NCBI GenBank assembly: GCA_028534125.1
Contig: CM052818.1
Location: 24,616,001 to 24,680,000 of the forward strand
DNA length: 64,000 bases
Reading direction: 5' to 3'
Source of the DNA: Lama glama
Taxonomy: Eukaryota
Below the pieces are notes generated by a model. The model was not told the DNA's origin. It worked only from the letters and a program-made list of their open reading frames with translations, and did no database searches. Positions 1-12,697 of the stretch are shown in pieces. Every line of letters begins with the position of its first letter. The stretch's first letter is position 1. Made by a program: the position numbers and the translations under genes.

Positions 1-3000
1 AACATTGTTGACTCTGATCCTCTTTGGTTCATTTTTCCTGTTTCAGTGCCCATCTACCTAGCCTTTTATCCTACCAATATATGTAGGTATGGATCAAGGA
101 TAAAGACCCCCCCGTACATTCCCAAAGGTGAAGGGTGTAAACCTAGAAAAACATCATATATAGCTTCCATGTCTCCAAGAAATGTGAGTGGGCCAAATGC
201 TTCTCTGGAGTTATTATATGCGTAAGGTGCAAATGGTAGGAAAATTCATGTTAATAACCACACACACTGACTGAGAGAGAAATTAGCTAACTTCAGTGTT
301 ACTGAGTCAGTCTTGACAGTTAATGCCCAGCCCTAATTTGTTGACTGCAGACAGATCTCCCTAGCCAAATCCAAGAGTGGTGTGTGTGGGGGGGGGGAGG
401 GGAAGGATTAATTTACTAGAATGATTATACAGCCCTCTATACCGGAAGTTATTTATTTGCCTAGAAGGATCTGGCCAAGAGATTTTCCAAAGACCTTTCC
501 CCTACATTCCCAAGTTGAAATAACCCAGGTTTAACTTACAGAACTTTTTATTAGATCCCTTGAAGCCACATAGTAGGACAACAGATAAATTCTCCAAGGA
601 GATCTCTCCTGCACATGTGATCCTAGGTTTGCAAAGACCCGTCCTTCACTGTGAAGGTTCTCTTCTTCCAAGTGGAAGAAACAATTCCATTAAATAACCA
701 AATATATAACCACTTTTCAAAAATACGTCACCTAAAATAACAGACTAAATTGTACAAATATTTAGCATAATACTGATATGCTCAACCTGCCTCGTTCTGA
801 GAAAAACAATTTTCTTTGTAGGTAACTTTCTCTACCTTCTTATACTCACCTTAACATTAAACTTCAAAAAAAAAAATACTCCAAGGAACAAATCTGCAAA
901 GATTTTATGTTCTCATAATGCTCATATAATTGAGTAATATGGCTAAAATAATGATTTGGATGAGAATTTCCTATGTGGTTGACAAGAACATATTTTAAAA
1001 TGAGAAAATTAGCAAAAAGAAAATGTGTTAAGATTTCATCACAGGCTTCCTTTGTCTAAGATACCTGAAAGTCACTACCCTTAAGGAAGATAGATTCCCA
1101 GTTTTCAGAAACAATGGTACAACTAAAACTTGTAGTCTCAGTTTTTAAATGCAAATCAAAGCTGGACATATATAACTTTTGATCTTAGTAACTAAAAAAA
1201 GTAGGCTTTTGGGACATTTTCTGTATTACTCAGTTATTTTGTGGAATACACTAGACCCACACAGGTCTTTCATAAAAATGCCTTCAATAATTTCCATCCT
1301 CTTTTTAGGCCATGAAGTCTCTAAATTTCACAACATAATAACTTGACCATTGCATTTATAAAAGGCTGATTCCATTGTGATGTTACTTACATTTCAAATT
1401 TTGAAAATTTAAAATAACCAATACATCAGATGAGATACTACACTTGAGTCTAGCCCAAACAATAAAGCCCAGACAGATTTATTCGTAGTTGAAACTTCTG
1501 AAACACTAGCCTTTTCACACACAGCAAACAGAAGTGTTATTTTCAATCTACTTTTTACCAAAAGTTGCCATTTCAACCAGTATAAAAACAACAAAAATGA
1601 TTCAAAATGCTTGTTAGAAGATTATTTCTATGAGAGGTATGATTTCAGCAGTCAACCTCCTCTATCCCACCTCTTCCTAGAGTATAGATAGATGATGTGT
1701 ATCAACTCAAACTGCACTCTTGGATGTCTAGGACTGCCATGAACGCCCACATCAAGTTAGTGCTCCTTTTTATCAGATCTCGTTTATAAACAGAAAGAGG
1801 CGGAGAGATGTGGAAGGAAGCACATCCCTGGTTTTTCCCCCTTGTTACAGATGCAAATTCATAGTTGAAAACTGCTTAGAATACTGTTAATTATATCTAT
1901 CCTTCTAAAACCTTTAGTAGATTTTAAAAAGGAAAAATTCGTTTTTCTTCCCTCAGTTGGCAAGCATTTCTGATAGCAAGTTTTTTGGATCAATTAAGGC
2001 TCTTTTCTGACTTTTCCAATTCCCCTCTGTCTTCTAGGGGGTTTTGAAAACAACTCTCGGGGTGGGGGGAGCCCTCAATCCTTGGGGATTTAAAAAATGA
2101 GTTTTTGTTTTGTTTTGGTTTTTTCCCTGGAAACATGGTTCTGAGCACAGAGGCCACCATAGGCTAGTTGATATTTTCTAGAAATGTGCTTTGGCATATT
2201 AGGACAAAAGGAATGGGACTCCCACCTCGATCTCCCAACAAATACCGAATCCTCTATCACCACTGCAGATTCTCCACTAGCTGCAGCTCAGCTTAGATAT
2301 TCTCAGCTGAACCAACCTGCGACTCTCACATCCACTGGCTGTCTTATCCCTAGCGTTTTGCCACCAAGATCGTACTAACGAGCAAACCAGCCCTTTCAGC
2401 CAATTGGTTCATGAGAGTTTTCCAAGGGGAAGGATGAGGAGTGGGTACAGAGAGGGGTGAGAGGTTCATGCCAAGTCATTGGAGCCTGTTTAGCCAACTG
2501 CTTCATTACATATTGGACTCTGTTTGGGACACTTACTATCGGAAATACTGCAAGAACTTTATTTTGTTGCTATTTCATCAACTAGATGTTTGTGGTATTG
2601 GATCTAAGCAAAGGATAACATCAGACACAAACTAAAAGTATTTTAGTAGCAACACTATTATTACAATTTGCAAGAAAATAACATCTTTGGCATTTCAGTT
2701 GAAAACTCTTAAGGACAGGTTTGTGCTACCATCAATAATCCTATAGGAAATCCTGACACACTGAATCTTCTCTGAGACAGATGATGCTATGGTAGATGTA
2801 TACACGAGGCTTAAAGTATTCTTGATATTCTCAGACTGTTCTCACTTACTCTGCATAGATTTAGTTTTTTAAAACAAATGAGTATCCTTCTCATCAAAAT
2901 GGCGTGGGAATTTTCCCAATAGGCATCCAGCGAACCTGTGAGCAGGAAGTTGCACCAGTGGCTCAGCTTCAGTGCCCGCTTTCCTACTTCTGACTCAGTC

Positions 3001-6000
3001 CCTGTGCACGTCCCTCAGAAACAATGGTGAGAGAAAGCCAAAAGGAAAAGAACCGTCCTCCCTTTCAAAATGGACTAACTCTGCTTCTTACCTTTAAAAA
3101 GTTGGCCATTTCAAATTTTTAAACACAAAACAAAAAGATGCTTTTCAATGTCAGATCTGAAGCAAAGATTGCATTTTTGCAAAGCTATCAGGAAAATGTA
3201 TGTTAATCATTGAGACATGGGATTTACTACCAACGGTCCACAACCACCGGCCTCCCACCATTCCATTTATAAGGTATCTAGAGGCAAATGAGCCGTCAGG
3301 TGAGGGGAGAGATCACTATCAATGTCATAATCATGTCACCATTCAGTTACTAGATAGGGGCAGGAAGTAGGCAAAATAGGTGGGTTCAACCCTAGTCCTC
3401 CAGCCAGATGGCCGCCTTGCTCGCCCGCGTGACAGATATAGTCCAGGAACGTGAGAACAATGCCAGAAATGTTTGTTTCACTTGATGTGACTATTACCTG
3501 CAGAGATCCCTTTCTGTTCTGAGCCAGCATGTTGTGTTTGACTTAAACCTTTCCAAACAAAGTCATGTGGCTCCATCACACACTCATTGCCTGCTTGGAG
3601 AGTGAGTCTGTCTTTCCAAACTGGTTGCCATGGAACCAATTTTTGAAAACACTGAGAACGCAGCGTAGCTAAGTACACTGGACCTCGTGATGAGGAGTCT
3701 AAACTTGCATTTTTTTTCTTTCCAGCCAATGCGCTGACATGCCAACTCTAAAAATCATTTCCTTAGTAAAATGAAAAGAACAATTGCTTTGTCATCGTTG
3801 AGAATTAACTGATGCCTCTTCAGAGCTTGAAGCTTCCTTCCACTAACCAAAATGAGATCCATGAATAGTACCATTATGACTTTACCCAAAGATAGGTTTT
3901 GTTTTGTGAAGAAACCAGAATTGGTTTGGGTCCCTTTAAAGCAACAGAAGAGATATTTAGTAACATTTGAAAACAATGAAGATGGTTCAGCACCCACTGC
4001 TGGGTTAGGGGGGAGGGCAGGGCTTCTGACAGGCTCCCTTAACATTCACTCTTCCACGGGAGTTTTCTCTGCCATGGCTCCCAGTGGAGCATTTCCCCAC
4101 ACTGATTCAGTGGGAGGATACCGACACACCTCCGGACTCTGCCTTTTATTTCCTAATTCCCCCTGGAAAAACAGCCATTCCAGAGCTTTTAATACAAAAG
4201 AAAAAAATGACAGGTGCCTCATTGGTTGATTAGAAGTTTTATGCAAAAAGCACAGACCATTCTGATTGTCTCTGTATTAACACTGTACTAACTGGCTTTT
4301 TAAAAGTGACTGCCACCCAGGAAAAAGATTTGAGGAAGTATTTCTAATCTTTAATTGAAAGTCAGAAATTGTTTTGAATCCAGGATACTGCAGCTAGATA
4401 AGCATCAACTGGCAAACTATCTGATGAAAAAGAATCAGAATGACGTTGAACCAGAGAGGGCCAAAATTAGTGAATTTAGCCAGTCTGTCCTCAGAGATCA
4501 TTGACTTACTTTATATTCAGTTGAAACTTTTAAAAAACATTAATACAGTCGAGGCAGTAGAGCAATTTTTAAATCAAATGTCAGAGTCTATTACTTTTTT
4601 TTAGGCAGACAGTTCCACAAGCCTCAAGCATTTATTTTCTGCAGAATATTGTACTAGGCACCCTAATTTGGTATAAAGAATTCAAGACAAGGTAATTTCA
4701 AGAAAATTAACATGAGCCCTGAGTTTAGTAGGAAGAGTCTGGTTCTGGCACTCTGATTAAATTCACCGTCCATTTTGGTCTAAAGACATTTTATCAATTT
4801 GAGACTGTTTAGTGGGGCCATTTGAAATTTATCAAGAAACCTTCCTTTAGCAGAAACAGAAGTGCTCATTTTCCTAAATTCACATTTTTTCTTTCACCAC
4901 CGAGATAAATGGATGCAGGCTCAACATATCCAGTGTCTACGATGCAAAGCCTGTGTGAGATTGACACTCAGTCTTTTGTTTTTACATTTCAAGTTGGGAA
5001 AAACTTGCCACAAAGATCATTTGCCTCCCCATTACTGATTTTTTTTTTCTGTTAGTTCTTGATATTAATTCATCACGGGAATTTCTTGACTGTGCCTCTT
5101 GTTCTTTTGACTTGGAGGCATCTGGCTGTCTTTCAGTGAGTTGCAACTCCAGCTGCCACATTTTAGCAGCCAACTAGAGAAGGCTGCAGTCTTCATGTCC
5201 AAGTACCCAATGTTCTCTTTATTTCAACATCAAACAGTCACCAGAGAGAGGACCCCAAAGGTTTTCCTCTGTTTAAAATTAGGACTTAGTTGTTTCAGAG
5301 GATTATGAATATTGAGCTCTCTCTGGACTTGAATTTCCTCATCATTAAATGGAGGGACTTCACTTTTAACTTGGATTTCCAGAACCCATCAAGCCCTGCG
5401 GGACCCATTGTCAATCCTGTGGGTGTGGGTTGAAGAGGCTTCATGCTGTAAACCAGTTCCTTGTAATACTCACTGTACTCAATTACCAGTGCAAGTGTTA
5501 AGCCAATTAAACCACATTAGGTCTGACAACAATTTAAAGATTTATTTTGAAACTATTCTTTGCACACTGCTGAAAAAATTCCCCTTCCCCAAGGGGAGTG
5601 AAAAGTTTCTCCCTTTCCAGGATGCCTAACAATAGGAAATTGATGAGATGGGAAAGGATTCCACATCTGGGACCTTCTTAAGGTTGAGTGTGCTGTTCTC
5701 CCAAATGTAAACTTTGAGTTCACACAGTTTCTCACAATAATTCCACTCTTATTTTTCATTTTTGACTTAATGACAACCTTTTAGGAGAGACTGACAGCAG
5801 GGATTTTATTCTAAAGTGTATGAATACGAACAGAAGGCACGTTGACCACGAGAAAGACATTAAAAGATAACAGTATTCTAAAGGAAGATGAAAAAAAAAA
5901 TGCATTTACTGCAGATCCAACTGTTTTTTCAGCGCCTCCCTTGTTACGGAGAAAACGACTCCTTGAAAAGATTTTACAAAAAGTCTTAAATCCCATCTCC

Positions 6001-7347
6001 AGCAATCATCTGCTTTGCCGCAGCCCAAATGTCTCATTAGCAATCTGAAATTGCACACGGCGGGAGGAAATACAGCAAGCGGATGTAGACACTGCCATGG
6101 GGAAAAGAAAGAAAAAAAAAGAAAAAGCAACCATGACAAACTCTGCTTGTGTAAACAAGGAAGGTTTTAGTGGAATAAATGTAAGCTTTCTCTTGAGGGA
6201 ATCCCAGTTAGAAGTACTCAGAAATGGCAAAACCATTTCAACATCGTAACAGTAATATATTCCAGTTTTATTAGCACAGAGGCACAAAGCCACATTTGTC
6301 GGGGGGGAAGGGAACAGAAGTTCCCGGCATCGTAACAGATAAAGGAATCTTGCGAGCCTTGTTGTTCAGAGAGAAAATTGAAAGGAAGTATTTTTGTCAT
6401 AAGTGTAGTAATGCTCTGGGATAAAACTACTTTTCCTTCTCTCACTATGAGTCTCTACAGAGCGACTGTTCAGTTGCACTAGGCATCCTATTTCTATATT
6501 TCAAGACGTCCTCATGTTGAGTTTGACCCCCGTTTCACATTTGATTTAGAAATCCTCATTGGAAAGGTAGATTTCTCTGCCCTTTTTAAAAACAAATCTG
6601 CACCACAAGCATTTTCTAGAGATGACTGTCTTAAGCCACCCTGGTAAGCTCTGTCCATCCGCAGCAGGAGCTTGGCTGAAGGCAGAGAACCTGCAAATAG
6701 ACTGGGCTTCCCTTCTGCAGCGGGAGCCGCCCCCCGACACAGCTCACGTCTCTTGTTCCTCAGCCCCCGGCCCCAGACCAGCCTCTTGCACTGGCCCAGG
6801 TCCAGCCGTCAGTCAAAGGGACTGCGGTCTCTAATTACACGTGCTGACAGCCCGTCCAACTTCATTCCTCAACTGAATTTCAGGGAGCCCCCTTCGTGTT
6901 CTTGCTTTCTCTTCACCCATCTGTATGGGTCCTTGCGTTTGATAGCCTTTCAAGAGGATTGTGCTAGAAAAAAGTCAGCAGACCTTTGTGTTCAGTGAAG
7001 AAACTGGGAACAAACTTAGCAGTTATCATGGTATCGTCCTGAGGTGACAGGGAGAACGTCCCCTGCGTGGCAGGACAGGTGTTCACCGTGGCTACCAAAG
7101 CAGTGCTCTGAGGGGGGGCCGTGGAGTCTACTGCAGATAGCTTTCCGGGACTCAGATTTAATGATGCATAGAAGCCCTACTCCCTTCAAGGAAGGGCACA
7201 GATTAGAGCACAAGTCCGAGTCATTTTACTTAGGAGTTTGCTCTGTCTGCTAACACAGCACCGAAACTTCTGATCCTCCATAATCGTCGGAGCCCAGTAA
7301 TTAAACGAGCACCAGCCAAACATTTCCCTTTCCTATGCGGCAGGCAC

Positions 7348-7847
7348 NNNNNNNNNNNNNNNNNNNNNNNNNNNNNNNNNNNNNNNNNNNNNNNNNNNNN
7401 NNNNNNNNNNNNNNNNNNNNNNNNNNNNNNNNNNNNNNNNNNNNNNNNNNNNNNNNNNNNNNNNNNNNNNNNNNNNNNNNNNNNNNNNNNNNNNNNNNNN
7501 NNNNNNNNNNNNNNNNNNNNNNNNNNNNNNNNNNNNNNNNNNNNNNNNNNNNNNNNNNNNNNNNNNNNNNNNNNNNNNNNNNNNNNNNNNNNNNNNNNNN
7601 NNNNNNNNNNNNNNNNNNNNNNNNNNNNNNNNNNNNNNNNNNNNNNNNNNNNNNNNNNNNNNNNNNNNNNNNNNNNNNNNNNNNNNNNNNNNNNNNNNNN
7701 NNNNNNNNNNNNNNNNNNNNNNNNNNNNNNNNNNNNNNNNNNNNNNNNNNNNNNNNNNNNNNNNNNNNNNNNNNNNNNNNNNNNNNNNNNNNNNNNNNNN
7801 NNNNNNNNNNNNNNNNNNNNNNNNNNNNNNNNNNNNNNNNNNNNNNN
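7348..7847. other. Assembly gap (500 N)
   Basis: Run of exactly 500 N; the right side opens inside an L1 3' end. Confidence 0.99.
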
Positions 7848-8228
7848 TCTAAGTGAAGTCAGTCAGAAAGAGAAAGAAAAATACCATATGAGATTGCTCA
7901 CATGTGGAATCTTAAAAACAAACAAACAAACAAAACATAAATACAAAACAGAAACAGACTCATAGACATAGAATACAAACTTGTGGTTGCCAAGGGGGTG
8001 GCAAGGAACAGACTGGGATTTCAAAATGTAGAATAGATAGACAAGATTATACTACATAGCACAGGGAAATATATACAAGATCTTGTGATAGCTCACAGAG
8101 AAAAAATGTGACAATGAATATACATATGTTCATGTATGACTGAAAACTTGTGCTCTACACTGCAATTTGACACAACATTGTAAAATGATTATAAATCAAT
8201 AAAAAATGTTAAAAAATAAAATAAAAAG
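7848..8228 (+). mobile_element. Young lineage-specific L1 3' end (5' part lost in gap)
   Basis: ctaagtgaagtcagtcagaaagagaaagaaaaataccatatg...gcacagggaaatatatacaaga...aataaaaaatgttaaaaaa A-rich tail; closely similar to the 3' UTR at 50026-50290. Confidence 0.92.
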
Positions 8229-8229
8229 A

Positions 8230-9030
8230 GTTCTTAAAAACCAGTAAGGAAAAGAGCATCAGGCCAATAGAAAAAAATGGACAGAAGACAGGGACAAACT
8301 GCCTACAGGGTTATAAAAATACATGAATTTATACTTTTTAGTATCATTACCATTTAGGTGTATAGTTTATTAGTTTACAGTGTATTCATATTTGTGAAGC
8401 AAATCTTCAGATATACTGATTTAATATGTGAAATGCAAATTTAAAAAGTAAGTTTTCACCAGTAAATTGGTCATGATCAAAAGTTTGGTAATATACAGCA
8501 CAGATGAGAAAAACAGTTACTCCATTCATAACTGATAGAGTGCAACTTCATTTATTTAAATTTGATTGACTGTTTGGCAATGTCTTCCAAATTTTAAATG
8601 CATAGGCTTTTTGATACAGCGCTTACATTTCTGGATATTTTTTCTGCAAGGATATGTTTGTATGTATACACAAACTTCAAAACATACGTAGTTCAGCATT
8701 GCTTATGGAGCCTAAATGTCTGTAAATGTCATATCTACTAAATGGAATTCTAAGTAGCTCCTACAAAGAATAAAGTTGATTTTTCTGTAATGATCAGGAA
8801 TAGCCTCTGAGATAGAGTAGAAGGTACAGAATTCAATGCTACCATTTGTGTTAAAGAAAAAAAAATAACAGCAGAGATTTAAAAAAAAAAAAAAAGCTTT
8901 TCTGGAAGCATTCACAAGACAGTCATTTGAGAGTTACCTCTTGGGACCAGAACTGGAATATTAAGGTTCAGGAGCACATAAGACAAAACACATTTCACTG
9001 TAAACCTTTTGTACTGTTTGAAATTTGCCA
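8230..9030 (+). mobile_element. Old, highly diverged L1 (L1M/L1ME-type) ORF2-end/3' remnant
   Basis: ccaatagaaaaaaatggacaga, gaaatgcaaatttaaaa and ctaaatgtctgtaaat occur in the order expected for an L1 3' region. Confidence 0.6.
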
Positions 9031-9299
9031 CATCCATATCTTACTAAACCAACTGCAGCAAAACAAAGGAACCTGGAAACAAAATAACTCTCGTCTTTGA
9101 ATCAGTATGAGTCTTACCAACTGGGGATCTTCCCTTGCAGCCAAATAGGGATTCGTCCTAGCGGCTAGACTGGCTGACTCTGCTCAGGGAAGGAGATGCC
9201 ATTGTAGCCTTGTGTTGGGGGCTACTCTGCAAAGTGGTTTCAGAACTCCCAGTGTGAGAGGGAATGTCACTAGGCAAGTCCAATATTCTTCGGGCTCTC

Positions 9300-9440
9300 C
9301 TCACTGAGCAATTAACCACTCCATACCTGTTTTGTGTTTCTCTGCAAAATAGGAATGTTGATAATATCTGCCTACTTCACAGGTTTGTGTGATCAAATGA
9401 AATCACATCCATGCAAATGCTCCCTTAATAAATAGTATCA
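9300..9440 (+). mobile_element. MIR SINE fragment
   Basis: ctctgcaaaataggaatgttgataatatctgcctacttcacaggtttgtgtgatcaaatga matches the MIR core/3' part. Confidence 0.7.
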
Positions 9441-10431
9441 TGTATTTCATTCATTTTAGTCTCAAACAGTTTTCAAAGACAGGAGCTTCCTTGCACAACT
9501 AACATGTTATCTGACAGAGGTGTCACAGAAATGCTTTCCTTGCTTGTACAAATAAGCCAAGCACAGCTCATTCTCTCATCTCCTGTTAAATACGACATGA
9601 GTTGGAACAGTCTCAAATATCAGACGCAGCAGGTCTTTGAGGATCATGTCTCACCCCTCACACCCAGTGAGCAAGTTCATACAGTTATTCATCTTCTGCC
9701 TTATGTTCAGCTACCTCTCATCTGCCTCTCAGCTTTTCCCAGTGATAGTCATCAACAGTTTTCAGACGGCTTCAGATTTGAAATATGACATCATATGAAT
9801 GGCAAGAGCCCTAGAGAAAGGACTCATAACATGTTAATACTAAAGTAAATTAAGGGCCAACTAATGACTTGTTTCTCTTCCTGCTCTCACTCCAGGCAGC
9901 AAAATCCCTCAAACTCACCCTTCTTCCTTTTCCTTTAATTCACACCAAGAACTATCTTCCCAGGTACCTGCCTTTGCACCAGTGCCACAGGTGCGTCCCC
10001 CCAGGTTAATTCTCTTCATGACTGAGTCGCCCTATGGCATCACCCTTGCCTTTCCTCTATGGTGTGCACGGTTTTAAAACTGACTTTCATCAGCTGTTCC
10101 TTCTGCCTCGCCAGCCATCACAAATATTAAGGTGAAGGTTTCTCCCAAAATTAGCCCTCAGTAAAGAGGGGGGTCACATTATACACATCCCTAAAATGTC
10201 TCCCCCTAAATGGGCCTAATCTTCATAACTCTACTGGCAATATCTTTTGGGTGAGACATGTTTGCCTGCAATGCCCACCATCAATGTTAGTTGTGTACAG
10301 AGGTCACATGATGGATTAGATTGTGGACAATAAGGAAATAAGAAGTGTAATAAAGACGTGGTTATTATTCCTGAGCTCATAATTGTGAGTGCCAGATGCC
10401 ACAACAAACAAGCCTTTTAAAGACCATTTGA

Positions 10432-10624
10432 TAGACTTACCATATGGTCCAGCAATCCCACTCTTGGGCATATGTCCTGAGAAAATTCTAATTTGCAAAG
10501 ACACATGCACCCCAGTGTTTGCAGCAGCACTATTTACAACAGCCAAGATGTGGAGGCAACCTAAATGTCCATCAACAGATGACTGGATAAAGAGGTTGTA
10601 AAACCTCTGTGTGTATGTATATGT

Positions 10625-10672
<48 letters not shown>

Positions 10673-11120
10673 GAATACTACTCAGCCATAAAAAAGAAAT
10701 AATGCCATTTGCAGCAACATGGATGGACCTGGAGATTGTCATACTAAATGAAGTAAGTTAGAAAAAGAAAGAAAAATACCATATGATCTCACTTATATGT
10801 GGAATCTAAAAAATGACACAAATGAACTTATTTACAAAACAGACTCACAGACATAGAAAACAAACTTACGGTTACCAGGGGGAAAAGGGTGGGGAGAGGG
10901 ATAAACTGAGAGTTCAAGATTTGCAGATACTATTATATATAAACTGATAAACAGCAGGATCCTACAGTACAGCACAGGGAACTATATTCAATACCTTGTA
11001 ATAGTCTATCATGAAAAAGAATATGAAAAGGAATATATGTATATACATATGTACAACTGAACCACCATGCTGTACACTAGAAATTAACACATTGTAAATC
11101 AACTATACTTCAATAAAAAA
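10432..11120 (+). mobile_element. 5'-truncated L1 (ORF2 C-terminus + 3' UTR) with TSD
   Basis: Translates as IDLPYGPAIPLLGICP...CTPVFAAALFTTAKMWRQPKCPSTDDWIK (ORF2 C-terminus); AATAAA tail; TSD taaagaccatttga (10418-10431) / taaagatcatctga (11121-11134) at a TTTT/AA site. Confidence 0.95.
10627..10670. repeat. (CA)n microsatellite expanded inside the L1
   Basis: About 22 perfect AC units. Confidence 0.98.
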
Positions 11121-11654
11121 TAAAGATCATCTGAAGAATCAGCAGAATGATCTGCTGCAGGTATCACAAACATACACTCAAAAAAAAAAAACCCAATACA
11201 CTGCTTTTGAATGAGTATTTGTGGCAAGGAATAAACGCCCATGAAAGAATCATACACAGATTCAAGAGGCACCATATAGCAAAAAACTAGACAGAAATGA
11301 AGGTGACACACTCTGGAAAACTGTTAGATGATTCCAAAGTGGCTCTATTAATGATGGCACCAATGCTGAATACTTTATGTGTTTAAATAAAATTATTTAT
11401 GGAGCATGAGGGTAGAAAATACTACTGTACAACCAATTAATGCTTTATAAAACCTGCCATTTTAATATGTCTGTATAACTGAATAAATTAAAAATTAATG
11501 TAATTGGACATTCATTCACATTCTGACAAGTTTACTTGTTATAACTGGACTTGTGTGTGTGTGCAACACTCCATGCTGGGAAAATGGGAGACACCTTATC
11601 TGGGGTCTCTGCATACTTGTGCTTGTATGTGAGTCATGTGGATCCTTCTCCAAC

Positions 11655-11770
11655 TCAGGTATTGACAGAGATAAGAAAACTGAGGCCCAAGGGGACGGTG
11701 CTACAGTCCAGACTCACGTCAAGTGTTTAACAGCAGAGGCTGGACTAGAACCCGGGTCTCTGCTTAGGTC
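11655..11770 (-). mobile_element. MIR fragment
   Basis: acagagataagaaaactgaggccca...gcagaggctggactagaacccgggtct is the reverse complement of the MIR core. Confidence 0.7.
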
Positions 11771-12183
11771 CCACACTGCTTTCAGGCAGAGAGGGAAATG
11801 CCAGCAACATCGCAGAGATGGGAGCAAGCGTGGTGGGGACACAAAGTGGTGAGGCCAGTGAACTGACGAGTTCTACAGGGTGATGGGAAGAGACTAGAAA
11901 AGCTAGATTTTTTTTTCCCCTAAAACAACCATATATACATATATACATATATATATATATATTTACTGAAAAAGTAACACATATTATGGTCAACATGTGG
12001 TTTGGTCTCCTTTCTTCTGTGGACTAATTCTTCCTACTCTGTAAAGTATTGTCAAGGGTGTCTGCTATGGAATCGTGCCCTCAGTGATGGGAGAGGCATA
12101 TGACTCGGCTGAATCCACGAGAGTCCCCCTCTCCTGAGCGCAGTTATGAATCTACCTGGATCATGTGATCCAACCAGGGAGAC

Positions 12184-12697
12184 TGTAACCAGAAAGAACA
12201 AATCTGACTCCATATTGGATCAGTTTCCTTTCCTTGAGCATTTGTATTTTCTATTGCTTTTGCTTCAAGTTAATCACTAAAGGGATGTTGCCTATAGCTT
12301 AAAATACACATAATAGCCCATCTCCAGGAACCCTGCCTCCCACGCCTGAGCATTAAGCTGAAATACCTTTGCTTAGCTCACAGACAACATCCTGACCAGG
12401 CTCACCCATGAATGACTGCAGGAAAGAAGAAATTAACATATCCCCTTGGGAGTCTGGCCAGAACTAGGAAATATTTGCAACAACTTACCATCTTTTTTTA
12501 CTTTACCTCCTCACCTCTTTGTTCTATGAAAGAAACGAGCACCCAAACCCAAGCCAGATGGTTCTTTGGGACCCTCGTCACCATCTTCCCGGTCTGCTGG
12601 CTTTCCAAATAAAGTTGCTGTTCCTTGCGCCAACAACTCGTCTCTTGACTTACTGGCCTGTTGTCCAGCAAGCAGTATGAGCTTGGACTTGGTAATA
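12184..12697 (+). mobile_element. Solo LTR, ERV1-like
   Basis: Starts tgtaacc and ends ggtaata (TG...CA with one change); TATA-like ctatgaaag near 12522; AATAAA near 12607; U5-like end agcaagcagtatgagcttggacttggtaata. No PBS or internal sequence follows, and the TSD is not clean. Confidence 0.8.

Noticed and set aside
7335..7856. Long ORFs made of X (also at 49383-50166 and 61001-61634)
   Set aside because: Artefacts of translating through N gaps.
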